From Pseudobdellovibrionaceae bacterium (GTDB taxonomy: Bacteria > Bdellovibrionota > Bdellovibrionia > Bdellovibrionales > UBA1609): a DNA stretch of 64,000 nt. Made by a program: the position numbers and the translations under genes. A model generated the notes under the pieces. It saw only the letters and a program-made list of their open reading frames with translations. It was not told the origin of the DNA and ran no database searches. Shown in pieces: positions 19,720-29,050 of this stretch (position 1 is its first letter; each line of letters begins with the position of its first letter). Location: NCBI GenBank assembly GCA_018663505.1, contig JABJQG010000020.1, positions 152,152 through 216,151 on the forward strand. Reading direction: 5' to 3'.

Positions 19720-20367
19720 TTATTTTTTAAGAGTTTTAATATATGAAATGACATTATCAATGGCAGCATCATCCGCAAGAGTCATAGCCATAGGGGCCAT
19801 AGTTGCCCCAATAGGATCTTTGGCAGGATTTGCCGCCCTGACTTGATGTTTAAAATTTTGTAACTGTTGTTTAATATACCAGTCACTGAGGTTAGCTAAA
19901 GCTGGAGCATTCATAGCTTTATTGCCTTCACCATTTACACCATGACAAGCCATGCACATTGCATAGCTTCCCTGACCAGCTTCAGGGTTACCCGCCGTAA
20001 TCATATGTTTGATATTTTTTGTTTTAGGCAAGGAGGAAACATAAGTAGCTACCTTGTCCACATCACCTTTGTATCTTAGGGTTTTAGCCATTGGGCGCAT
20101 TCTTAAACCAGCAATATCTTTTGTATGCATACCCCGCACACCATTTTTAAAATTTTTTAATTGGCGAACAATATACCATTTTTCCATACCTGCAATGGCT
20201 GGAGCTTTTAGTTTATAAGCCCCTTCACCTTGCATGCCATGGCACTGCGTACAAAGCTTAAACAAAGCCTCACCTTTTGATTTTGCCATTAAGTTTTGAG
20301 AGAGAACCAATTGAAGAACAATAGATATAAATAAAGTAAGCAACACTAACTTTGCCTTAGCCGTCAT
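19720..20367 (-). CDS. diheme c-type cytochrome (c4-like)
   Basis: 215 aa. Signal peptide and two CxxCH motifs (CTQCHG, CMACHG). Confidence 0.8.
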   Translation of the reverse strand: MTAKAKLVLLTLFISIVLQLVLSQNLMAKSKGEALFKLCTQCHGMQGEGAYKLKAPAIAGMEKWYIVRQLKNFKNGVRGMHTKDIAGLRMRPMAKTLRYKGDVDKVATYVSSLPKTKNIKHMITAGNPEAGQGSYAMCMACHGVNGEGNKAMNAPALANLSDWYIKQQLQNFKHQVRAANPAKDPIGATMAPMAMTLADDAAIDNVISYIKTLKK

Positions 20368-20665
20368 ACACGAACCTCCGATGTTCCTGAATGTAAAAGG
20401 AAACTTTAATTCTGTCTACGACTGAGATAAGTCATTAATGCGTGGTGTTGCCATTAGCAATGTGCAGAAAATTCAAAAATTGTTTAATGAACGAGCAATG
20501 AATTCCACCAACAATGGAAATACTTAACAACAGAAAAAAGTGAATTACAAAAACTTAATGTGGTTTGCATGAAAAAAATAAGATACGAAGATTTTTCTAC
20601 AACCACAACACTATAACCAGTATTGTGTTGTGGATACCAAAGTATATCCTTACCTATTTTACTAT

Positions 20666-22612
20666 TTACTGCACCACCAAAGCTTCGTCACAAATACTAG
20701 TATGAGCAGCGTCCTGCATATAACCTAACCCACCGTCAGTAGCGGCTCCCCCTCCAGCGAGACCATAAAAAGTGTCCACCACAAAATCAGCTGATGCTAG
20801 ACTATTTCCACAATAAGAAATTTCGGCGACTCCTCCGCTACCTCCACCCCCAAAATCAGTACTAGTCCCTCCTCCTCCACCGGAAACATCAACATTGATA
20901 GAGGGTGTGCCTGCGTCTTTTTCTAGTAATGTTAGATGCACGCTACCTCCGGCTCCACCACCAGACACCCCAGAAATTACATCACCACCTAGTGCTTTGA
21001 TACTCACGCTTCCTGTGCCTGTAATTCGTCCAATATGAAGAATAATTATTCCACCACCACTTCCTCCAGAAAAACCGCCATCGGAACCTCCTGCTCCACC
21101 CATAACGGCTTTTTGATCTGTCATAATTAAACAAGGACCGTTGTTACAATAATCAATGGCTATCCCACCAACTGCCACAGGGTTACCACCTGATCCGGTG
21201 CCGCCAAGGTTTGCATTTCCACCTCCGCCAGCTCCAAGCGCACTTGCTCCACCACCACTACTATTATTGGCTGAATTGCTAGTAGTACCCAACCCTTGAA
21301 AACCGGTTCCTTGACCAAGGATACCCTCAAAGCCTTTAGAGGACGCGTCAAATATTATATCACCACCAGCTAGGTTAAGCTCTTTGATACGCATAACAAT
21401 AACTCCACCAACCTCAGAACCTCCAGAAAAATCAAAAGCATTTACATCTATAGTCAACGTACCACCCGTCACATTAATTTTATTAAAGTTTGGCACACGC
21501 ATCATCTGAATTTTACACCAGGTGTTTGCTGACCCAGAAAAGTTATCTGCATCAGAAATTGCCGTGTTATTATATGACACAGCAAAAGAAGGGTCTCCTA
21601 TTGGGGCGTCCAAAGAAATATCCATCCCCCCATTTGAAACACTAGATATTTTTGAGAAGCCATGACTTCCACGGTAAAGTCTACCACCGCAAGTATTGTC
21701 AGAGTCAGGCCCTCCTCCCGTATTGTATCCAGCCACTACATGCCAAAATACCTCATCACCGGCCTCAAAATGATCGGCAGTGGAGGCTGCGGCTAATTGA
21801 ACCGTGTCCCCTGTACTATTAATATTCATTACTTTAAACTGAGATGAGAAGGTCTTTGATGATGGATTACTTACAGATGTCCCTACCATAGTAAAACCAA
21901 TATTTGCTGCATCAGCATAACCATGAGTGCCTAATGTTAAGTTTGAATTTACAGCAATGGAAAAATCCCCATCACGGCCATCACCAAACATTGAAGCTAA
22001 AGGCTGAGAGACATCATTATCATTCCCACCATCTCCCACATTAAACATATCGCACTTATTAAATTTCTTTGTGCTATCTAAAGCTGGAGTCATTGCCACA
22101 ACTATTTCCCCTGGAAAAAGATTGATCTTTTTCTCTGCTAAAATATGCGGGAAAGAAAGGTTAGCAAAATCTAAATTTCCATCTACAAAACTACTGCAGC
22201 CTCCGTTTTGTGCCTGTAATCCAACTAAATAAATGGTTCTATCATCTCCTGCCGGTACATCAATTGCCACTTCCCCCCCAGCAGGTATAAACCCTACATT
22301 AGGTCCAAAACGCATCATTTCTTGTTTAGTTGTGCCGTGCTCAGCTGAGCAAGAGCTGTGATTCATCTCCGCCTCTGGTCCTCCTACAAAAACCGCATAA
22401 CAATTGATTTCTGATAATCTCGTTGGGTCCAAAGCATCGTTCCAACTTGTAGCCGCTTGAGCTGCCACGATGGAAGTATTTGAAGAAATTTGTGCTGTGG
22501 GCAATCGAAATTTTAGAGTGGTTCTTTCGCCTACTGTGCGAGAACAACCTAATAGCCCAACTAAAGACACTGAAAGTAAAATATAAAATACATTTTTCAT
22601 TATACGCTCCAC
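20666..22612 (-). CDS. large lipoprotein with glycine-rich C-terminal repeat region
   Basis: 648 aa. Lipobox LLGCS (start more likely MKNVF at 22600). The C-terminal ~200 aa is dominated by GG/GGxGG runs (GGGASALGAGGGGNANLGGTGSGG, GGGGGTSTDFGGGGSGG). Confidence 0.6.
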   Translation of the reverse strand: MERIMKNVFYILLSVSLVGLLGCSRTVGERTTLKFRLPTAQISSNTSIVAAQAATSWNDALDPTRLSEINCYAVFVGGPEAEMNHSSCSAEHGTTKQEMMRFGPNVGFIPAGGEVAIDVPAGDDRTIYLVGLQAQNGGCSSFVDGNLDFANLSFPHILAEKKINLFPGEIVVAMTPALDSTKKFNKCDMFNVGDGGNDNDVSQPLASMFGDGRDGDFSIAVNSNLTLGTHGYADAANIGFTMVGTSVSNPSSKTFSSQFKVMNINSTGDTVQLAAASTADHFEAGDEVFWHVVAGYNTGGGPDSDNTCGGRLYRGSHGFSKISSVSNGGMDISLDAPIGDPSFAVSYNNTAISDADNFSGSANTWCKIQMMRVPNFNKINVTGGTLTIDVNAFDFSGGSEVGGVIVMRIKELNLAGGDIIFDASSKGFEGILGQGTGFQGLGTTSNSANNSSGGGASALGAGGGGNANLGGTGSGGNPVAVGGIAIDYCNNGPCLIMTDQKAVMGGAGGSDGGFSGGSGGGIIILHIGRITGTGSVSIKALGGDVISGVSGGGAGGSVHLTLLEKDAGTPSINVDVSGGGGGTSTDFGGGGSGGVAEISYCGNSLASADFVVDTFYGLAGGGAATDGGLGYMQDAAHTSICDEALVVQ

Positions 22613-22934
22613 CTTTATTATTAAACCTATCGGCCTTTAGTCCAGGGGGCTTTAATAGTATTTATATATGAGCTAATACGCTGACGTACATTTCGAAACC
22701 AATACGCATAAAACATGGCTTATATAAAGGCAATCACCGAGTCGCCTAAATCAATACTAAAAAATCATTTTGAAATAGTTTTCACTGTTTCAAAATGATT
22801 CGTATCAAAATCGCTCTACACAGGAGAGAGCAGCAAAGCTGTTACGTTATTCATAATTTTAATCAGAATGTTCGTCATTAATACTAGCAGTCATCAGACG
22901 ACGAGTTTAACCTACTTGTGAAAAAAGTAGGTTG

Positions 22935-24485
22935 CTATAATGTAGCCTGGGGTGAAGAGCTTTGTGCTGAAACCATTTTTACTCTTCTTGGCCCCCCATT
23001 CTCAAGGACTTCAGGGCTTACTACAGAGGCCATACTTTGAAAATTTGCAATAAATTTATTTGCTAACTCATTCACAACTTCACCTGTGGGCATAGCTAAC
23101 CACTTTGGATCTACACCAGGACAGGTTGTGGGAACTTGAAAACCAAAAACGGGATGATCTTGCATAGGTTGCTTTTCCAGTTCACCGTTTTGTATCATGG
23201 ATAAAATTTGTCGACTCACTTGAATTGGAAATCTTTTTCCACCAGCATATCCACCAACCCAGCCGGTATTTAACAACCAAACTGTGGCGTTATTTTCTGC
23301 CGCTTTTTCTGCAAGAAGCTGTGCATACTCCGATGGGTGCCTGGGCATAAATGGAGCACCAAAACAGGCACTAAAAGTGGCTGTTGGTTCTGTAACACCT
23401 AGTTCTGTACCGGCAACCTTAGCCGTATAACCTGACATAAAATGATACTGAGCTTGGTTAAAATCTAACTTAGACACAGCTGGTAAAGCACCAAAAGCGT
23501 CGGCAGTTAAAAACACAATTGTTTTGGGCTGACTAGATTCTTTTGATTGGTCAAAAACATTTTCAAGGGCTGTAATATCATAGGACCCACGTGTGTTTTC
23601 TGTTTTTGTAGAGTCACAAAAATCAACTGTTCTTTTATCAGAATCATAGACAACGTTTTCTAACATAGCGCCAAATCTATTAGTTGCTCCATAAATCTCA
23701 GGTTCACTTTCTTCACATAAATCGATAAGCTTAGCGTAACAGCCTCCCTCTAGATTAGAAAGACCACGCTTGGACCAAATAATTTCATCGTCACCAATAA
23801 TAGATCTGGTTTTATCTGCAGACAATGTGGTTTTTCCAGTACCTGAAAGACCAAATAGCACGCAAGATTCTGTACCATCAGGCTGACTGTTGGCTGAGGA
23901 GTGCATAGGAAAAATTCCCACTTCTGGCATTAAGTAATTACAAACACTAAATGCACCTTTTTTAATTTCGCCAGCATAAGCTGTGCCACAAATACCAATT
24001 TTTTTATCCACAAGGTCTAAAACAATTAAGGTTTCTTGTGAAAAATCTAAACCTAAATCTGATACAGAGTCATAAGGACAGTGAAACACTTCGATAGACT
24101 TATCAATTTGAATTTCTTTGGAAATCTCATCAATCACAGCATCACGAAACATATTTTGAGCAAATAATATATGATGAGGTGATTTTGACTTTACAGTGAT
24201 AGGGAAGCAACCCACATAACCAGACATGGAGTAGTTCTTGTTGTCCTCAATATTTTTCTCTAAAGCGGCAAAGAACTTTTGCGAAAAACCATAATCAATA
24301 GGTTGGTTTACCTTGCCCCAATCCACAGTTTCAGCCACTTCTGGACGCTGAACCACATATCTAAACTTAGCAGCTCGACCTGTAAAAACACCCGTATCTA
24401 CCATTAACGCCCCATCTTTTGAGAGTTTACCTAAACCTAACTTTAATGATTCTTCTATCATGGAGTATTTACACACACTGGCCAC
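22935..24485 (-). CDS. pckA: phosphoenolpyruvate carboxykinase (ATP)
   Basis: 516 aa. FGLSGTGKTTLSAD kinase-1a motif, IGDDEI, NTGWVGG. Confidence 0.92.
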   Translation of the reverse strand: MASVCKYSMIEESLKLGLGKLSKDGALMVDTGVFTGRAAKFRYVVQRPEVAETVDWGKVNQPIDYGFSQKFFAALEKNIEDNKNYSMSGYVGCFPITVKSKSPHHILFAQNMFRDAVIDEISKEIQIDKSIEVFHCPYDSVSDLGLDFSQETLIVLDLVDKKIGICGTAYAGEIKKGAFSVCNYLMPEVGIFPMHSSANSQPDGTESCVLFGLSGTGKTTLSADKTRSIIGDDEIIWSKRGLSNLEGGCYAKLIDLCEESEPEIYGATNRFGAMLENVVYDSDKRTVDFCDSTKTENTRGSYDITALENVFDQSKESSQPKTIVFLTADAFGALPAVSKLDFNQAQYHFMSGYTAKVAGTELGVTEPTATFSACFGAPFMPRHPSEYAQLLAEKAAENNATVWLLNTGWVGGYAGGKRFPIQVSRQILSMIQNGELEKQPMQDHPVFGFQVPTTCPGVDPKWLAMPTGEVVNELANKFIANFQSMASVVSPEVLENGGPRRVKMVSAQSSSPQATL

Positions 24486-24767
24486 CTTGTTAAATAAATT
24501 AATATGTTAAATATATGTTAATAATTTTGATAAATATTTCTATCAAAATCTTTATGCAATTACCAAGAAAAAGTGAGTACAGGAATTTTTTTCGCAAGTT
24601 TTAACCTGTTTTCAATTTGCCTTTGCATGGCGACGTTATTCAGCATTTATATGTGTTATTATGTAGTTATGAGCTTTATCTCAATCTACACTCTACAGAC
24701 CATCTAAATGGCTTCCCATTTTTGATGATTTTAAAATCAGCAAGGCCCGAAAAAGCCAATGCGTAGA

Positions 24768-25202
24768 TTAATACTCGGCCTCATGTGTTCGGGTCATATC
24801 GCTAAAACCACCACCGTTTTCCACATTGGTAAAACCAGCTCCTTGCAGAATTCTACGAGCTCGGCTAGCCCTTGCTCCAACAGCGCAATAGACTATCACT
24901 TTTTTTGAAAAGTCTCCGGCAAGGTATTTATCTTTAATCTCGCCCAAACGAGCCGAAACTTGAGAAAGAGGAATATGTAAGGCCCCTTTTACATGACCAG
25001 AATTCCATTCTCCCATTGTACGTACATCAATAATTATTGGTGCGGTGGCTTTTGATTTTTCACCATTCTCATTTTTTGTAACTGCGGGCGAGGCTTTCTT
25101 TTTGATTTGTACAGGATTTTTGACACCATCACTACTTTTAGAAGTACAAGCCACACTGAAAATTACAATCATAAACACTAAAGTTAATTTTACTTTTTTC
25201 AT
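24768..25202 (-). CDS. rhodanese-domain lipoprotein
   Basis: 144 aa. Lipobox FSVAC. Rhodanese active-site loop YCAVGARASR. Confidence 0.75.
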   Translation of the reverse strand: MKKVKLTLVFMIVIFSVACTSKSSDGVKNPVQIKKKASPAVTKNENGEKSKATAPIIIDVRTMGEWNSGHVKGALHIPLSQVSARLGEIKDKYLAGDFSKKVIVYCAVGARASRARRILQGAGFTNVENGGGFSDMTRTHEAEY

Positions 25203-25281
25203 TAGAGACCTTTTTATTAAGATTTAACATTTAAGAATAGAGCACCATCAACATTATAACTATATAATATTAAATCACAAA

Positions 25282-26202
25282 CTAAAATAACCATTTGTCT
25301 ATAACAGGTATTGCCACAAAGATCAGAAGACTATGGTTAATCCAATGAAAAAATGGGCGCCATGTTTGAGGAGTTTGGATTTTATAAAAATTATAGAAAT
25401 GATAGGTCACAAGGGCAAACACAGGTACAATTATGCCTAAAAATACCAAGTCTATATGAACAAAAACTGGAGAAAGCATAACTAAAAACACATAAGCTAA
25501 ATAATACTTCAACATGTAAAGTAAGGTCATTTGATTGCCATGGGTCACTGGTAACACAGGGACTCCCCCCTGGGCATAATCCTCTTTATAACGAATGGCC
25601 AAACTCCAGTAATGGGGCATTTGCCAGAGAAAAATTAAGCTAAATAAATAAAGACTCTCCATGGAGAAAACAAAACCGCCAGCTGCCACAAAAGCAGTAA
25701 TTGCTGGCAACGCCCCCGGAATAGCCCCAGGAACAGCTGCAAAAGCCCAGTTTGGCTTTAAAATATATGTGTATATTACATTGTAAAAAACAGCCGTAAC
25801 TAAACCAATGAGCGCTGCTAATGGAGACACAATATACAGTAAATAAAGACCAATCAGCAAAAAAGAGAGGGACAGAGTCAATGCCTTTTGCATGGAAATA
25901 ACCCCTAAAGGTAAGGGTCTTTTTTGCGTCCTTGGCATCTTTAAATCCATAGGAACTTCCTGAATTTGATTTAAAGCAAAACTGCCCATAGATAAAAGCA
26001 TCAAACCAAATATCGTGAACGAGAATTGAGCCACATGAAAACTGTTCCCTTGAGGAAAACCATAACCAAAACCTGCCACACCACTTAGAACAACAAAATA
26101 TACAAGAGGCATTTTTGTGAGGTTATGAATCATTTCTAATTGTTGTCGAAAAGACAAGGCCACATGGGTGTGGTCGGATTTTAAAACTTGTTCTTGGCTC
26201 AA
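25282..26202 (-). CDS. ctaB: protoheme IX farnesyltransferase (heme O synthase)
   Basis: 306 aa polytopic UbiA-family protein. MPRTQKRPLP and WQMPHYWSLAI blocks. Lies beside cytochrome genes. Confidence 0.85.
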   Translation of the reverse strand: MSQEQVLKSDHTHVALSFRQQLEMIHNLTKMPLVYFVVLSGVAGFGYGFPQGNSFHVAQFSFTIFGLMLLSMGSFALNQIQEVPMDLKMPRTQKRPLPLGVISMQKALTLSLSFLLIGLYLLYIVSPLAALIGLVTAVFYNVIYTYILKPNWAFAAVPGAIPGALPAITAFVAAGGFVFSMESLYLFSLIFLWQMPHYWSLAIRYKEDYAQGGVPVLPVTHGNQMTLLYMLKYYLAYVFLVMLSPVFVHIDLVFLGIIVPVFALVTYHFYNFYKIQTPQTWRPFFHWINHSLLIFVAIPVIDKWLF

Positions 26203-26229
26203 AGCTTATCCTTAGTTATTTTTCGTCAT

Positions 26230-26266
26230 ATAAAAACAAAAAAAGGGCCTGAAAACAAGCCCTTTT
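26230..26266 (-). terminator. rho-independent terminator candidate after the cytochrome c gene
   Basis: Hairpin AAAGGGC-N10-GCCCTTT at 26242-26265. On the - strand it is followed by TTTTTTTGTTTTT. Confidence 0.6.
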
Positions 26267-26309
26267 CTCTATTTATCTAAGCCCTTCATTCACTGAAGGT
26301 AATAGCGAT

Positions 26310-26633
26310 TTATTTCATTTTTGCGTAGTAAGCAGAAACGTTAGCCATATCAGCATCTGATAAAGGCTTAGCCATTGCTGACATTAGAGGGTCTTTACGT
26401 TTGCCAGATTTAAAATCTTTAAGTTGCTTTACCATATAAGCTTCTTTTTGTCCTGCAAGGTTTGGATAGATTGCCTGAGCAGAAATACCTTTTAATCCAT
26501 GACAAGCCATACAAGTAGCTGATTTAGCTTTACCTTTTGCCGCATCACCTTTTGCAAGTACTGTTGAAGATAACCCTAACGCCATTAGAATAATCATTAA
26601 TAATTTCATATTTAACTCCTTCTTATGTTCCAT
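26310..26633 (-). CDS. class I monoheme c-type cytochrome
   Basis: 107 aa. Signal peptide (likely start MKLLMI at 26609), a single CMACHG motif and a distal Met. Confidence 0.8.
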   Translation of the reverse strand: MEHKKELNMKLLMIILMALGLSSTVLAKGDAAKGKAKSATCMACHGLKGISAQAIYPNLAGQKEAYMVKQLKDFKSGKRKDPLMSAMAKPLSDADMANVSAYYAKMK

Positions 26634-26915
26634 TCATTTATATTTCCTCAATAATATAAGGGATATTTATAAAGATACAATATAAATTACTGATCCTTGT
26701 ATTTTCACTACGTGTGACTGGCGCACATAAACCTATAATCAGCAGCTCTTGAAATAATTCTAAAAACAGCCTTAAAATTGTGCATGTTTAATTAAGCTAA
26801 ATTTAATTTTTTATTCTTCAAAGAAGCCCTTCACCACTGCGGATACGGCGGTGTTAAGCTTAGGAAATAAAAGAGTTTTTGACATATTGCATCCGCAAAA
26901 GATGCCTGGCACCTT

Positions 26916-27593
26916 TTATGGTGAGGTACTGGCTTGCTCGCCGTTATGCATGGCTGTGTAGATATCTCTTATTAAACTAATGTGAGTTTCTTCCAGGTCT
27001 TTGCGACGACCCACTACTGATAAAATATAGTTTGTTTCTGCACGATAGTTGGCGATAAACTCAGGATCAGCCCTTGCAAAATCTGAGGTATTATCCCACC
27101 GATCGGCCAACTTCACTAGCAAGGAGCTTAGAGGGATCTTTAACAATTTTTGACCCAAGTACTTTGCTTTACCTATTTTTTTACTTTGTGTTTTATCTGA
27201 AGATAAATCATTTACAATATTAGCTATACGCAAACCAAAAAGGTATTTTAGCTGTTTAAAGTTGGCTGATGTGTCTTCAATAATATCATGAAGATAGGAA
27301 GCCGCAATGAGTTCGGCATCATTCGTTATAGTTTTCATCTTCTTGGCCACCCTCACTGGATGAGTGACATAAGGCATTTTGTCAAATTTGCGAACTTGGC
27401 CTTCGTGCATTTTTTTTGCAAATATAATTGCCTTTTTCATCAAGGCTTTTCCCTCTAAAGAATCAGTGGTAACTAGGTCCACAACAAAAGATTTTACTGA
27501 AAAGAATTCCCCGCAGGTTTGAGCTCTTAAAACAGCACTTGAACCAACGATGAATAATACGAAAATAATCTTCTCAAGTCCTGTGTGCATCAT
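26916..27593 (-). CDS. SpoT/RelA-type HD-domain protein ((p)ppGpp-hydrolase-like) with N-terminal signal/anchor
   Basis: The track ORF extends to 27752. I place the start at the tandem ATG ATG at 27593/27590 (MMHTGLEKIIFVLFIVGSSAVLRAQ). HD block: HEGQVRKFDKMPYVTHPVRVA..AASYLHDIIEDT..FG..IANIVNDLS. Confidence 0.7.
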   Translation of the reverse strand: MMHTGLEKIIFVLFIVGSSAVLRAQTCGEFFSVKSFVVDLVTTDSLEGKALMKKAIIFAKKMHEGQVRKFDKMPYVTHPVRVAKKMKTITNDAELIAASYLHDIIEDTSANFKQLKYLFGLRIANIVNDLSSDKTQSKKIGKAKYLGQKLLKIPLSSLLVKLADRWDNTSDFARADPEFIANYRAETNYILSVVGRRKDLEETHISLIRDIYTAMHNGEQASTSP

Positions 27594-27739
27594 AACTTCA
27601 TTGAAGTACCAACACTCCCCAGCCCAAGCAATAATACCACAATAGAGAGCACTATTTACAATGGTATGTGATTTTTTGTAATGATTCTTATAGGTGAAAT
27701 TTTGTGATTTTAGGCTTAGATTTTGCTCTATGTACGTAT

Positions 27740-28900
27740 ATGGCAATAACACGAGACCCCCTCACTTCTTTTATTGTACTTCTGTGTCTAATTTCTAGGT
27801 ATTGTACTACAAAAATTGTCATCCTTCTTTTAATATTGGTAAATCTATTTAGCTTTACAGCTCAAGCAAAGTTACACACTGGCCATAGTGTTGATCTTGG
27901 GGGCGAGGCCTACTCTGTGGTAGAACTTCTTGCCGAGACCGGTGAGGGTCAGGTTTTTAGAGTTATCAACAACAAGACAGGGGTAGAATTCGTATTAAAA
28001 GAATACCATTATACAACCGACCACTATGGCCGGTACACCACATACTTCCGTAAAAATAGGCGCATTAGACTCGCACAAAAATACACTAATCTGAAAAAAC
28101 TGAAACAAAGTATGGACAATGACCCTCGGCCAATAATTGGTTTACAAAAGATTATCGCCCTTAAATTAGAAAAAAATAGCCTGCTAGAACTTTCTCCATT
28201 GGCTAATTCTAGTTTTAGAGATCGACTGAAAAACAAAAACCTAAGTAATCTAAAACTTAAAAAAAATCAAGGCGTTAAGGAGCTGGAACTCAAAATTGAT
28301 ACTCTATATAGATTGTTTAAACAGTCCGTACTGACCGTTGAAACTTTACATACCTATGGTTTCCTCCACCTTGACATTAAGCCAGCCAACTTTTTAGTTT
28401 ACGAACAATTTTTACAACAGATATACTTATCAGACTATGGTTCCATTCAGCGTATAGGCAGCAAAGAGACTAAAATAAATACATCTACATTTTTTGCCCC
28501 TCCAGAATTACTTCATGAAAGTAGCGAAGAAAATATTGTGAGAAAAAATTTGCCGCCAGATATTTCTGCCGATTATTTTAGCTTAGCTAAAACCTGGCTC
28601 ATTATATTCTCTGATCTAGATTCAAAGTTTTACAATTATTGGGGGGTAAATAACGATCTTGAAGTCTTGAACAAACGCTATGAAAAATATAAAAATAAAC
28701 ATATTCTAAAATTTAAAAACAAGTTGCCTTATCATTCGTGGATAAAATTAAACAGTCTTCTTACTTTTATTGATGCTGTGTTCATTGAGGACCCAAAGCA
28801 GAGACTTAGAAATCTAGCAAATAAAAAAAATGAAATTTTCAACACTCTTCCTCGTGAACGTCCTTTATTAAACATAAACAAATGTGTTCTTTTATTTTAA
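27740..28900 (+). CDS. Ser/Thr protein-kinase-like protein with N-terminal signal/anchor
   Basis: The track ORF starts at 27704; M at 27740 is likelier. Hydrophobic N-terminus ending FSFTAQA. Gly-loop-like ETGEGQVFRV, VLKE, catalytic loop LHLDIKPANFLV, SDYGS in the DFG position, FAPPE in the APE position. Confidence 0.6.
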   Translation: MAITRDPLTSFIVLLCLISRYCTTKIVILLLILVNLFSFTAQAKLHTGHSVDLGGEAYSVVELLAETGEGQVFRVINNKTGVEFVLKEYHYTTDHYGRYTTYFRKNRRIRLAQKYTNLKKLKQSMDNDPRPIIGLQKIIALKLEKNSLLELSPLANSSFRDRLKNKNLSNLKLKKNQGVKELELKIDTLYRLFKQSVLTVETLHTYGFLHLDIKPANFLVYEQFLQQIYLSDYGSIQRIGSKETKINTSTFFAPPELLHESSEENIVRKNLPPDISADYFSLAKTWLIIFSDLDSKFYNYWGVNNDLEVLNKRYEKYKNKHILKFKNKLPYHSWIKLNSLLTFIDAVFIEDPKQRLRNLANKKNEIFNTLPRERPLLNINKCVLLF

Positions 28901-29050
28901 AGTTTTCTTGCCTCCCCTTCTGACTCTAAGAGGCTATACTCAACTCATCTACATTACGAAACTGTAATGTTTACGCCTAACTTTTAGACAAGATTTTTCA
29001 ATATTACATAAACATACTTTCTTCATTTATATGATCACAAAAATGGTATT

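Noticed and set aside
20600-20640. Hairpin CCACAACAC-N13-GTGTTGTGG downstream of the glycine-rich lipoprotein gene as a terminator
   Set aside because: The 9 bp stem is real, but no U-tract follows it on either strand. This is not enough to call an intrinsic terminator.
26895-26915. AAAGGTGCCAGGCATC on the minus strand, resembling the start of a type A hairpin arm
   Set aside because: Only about 10 nt match. There is no loop or second arm, and the location is in the core region, so this is probably chance.
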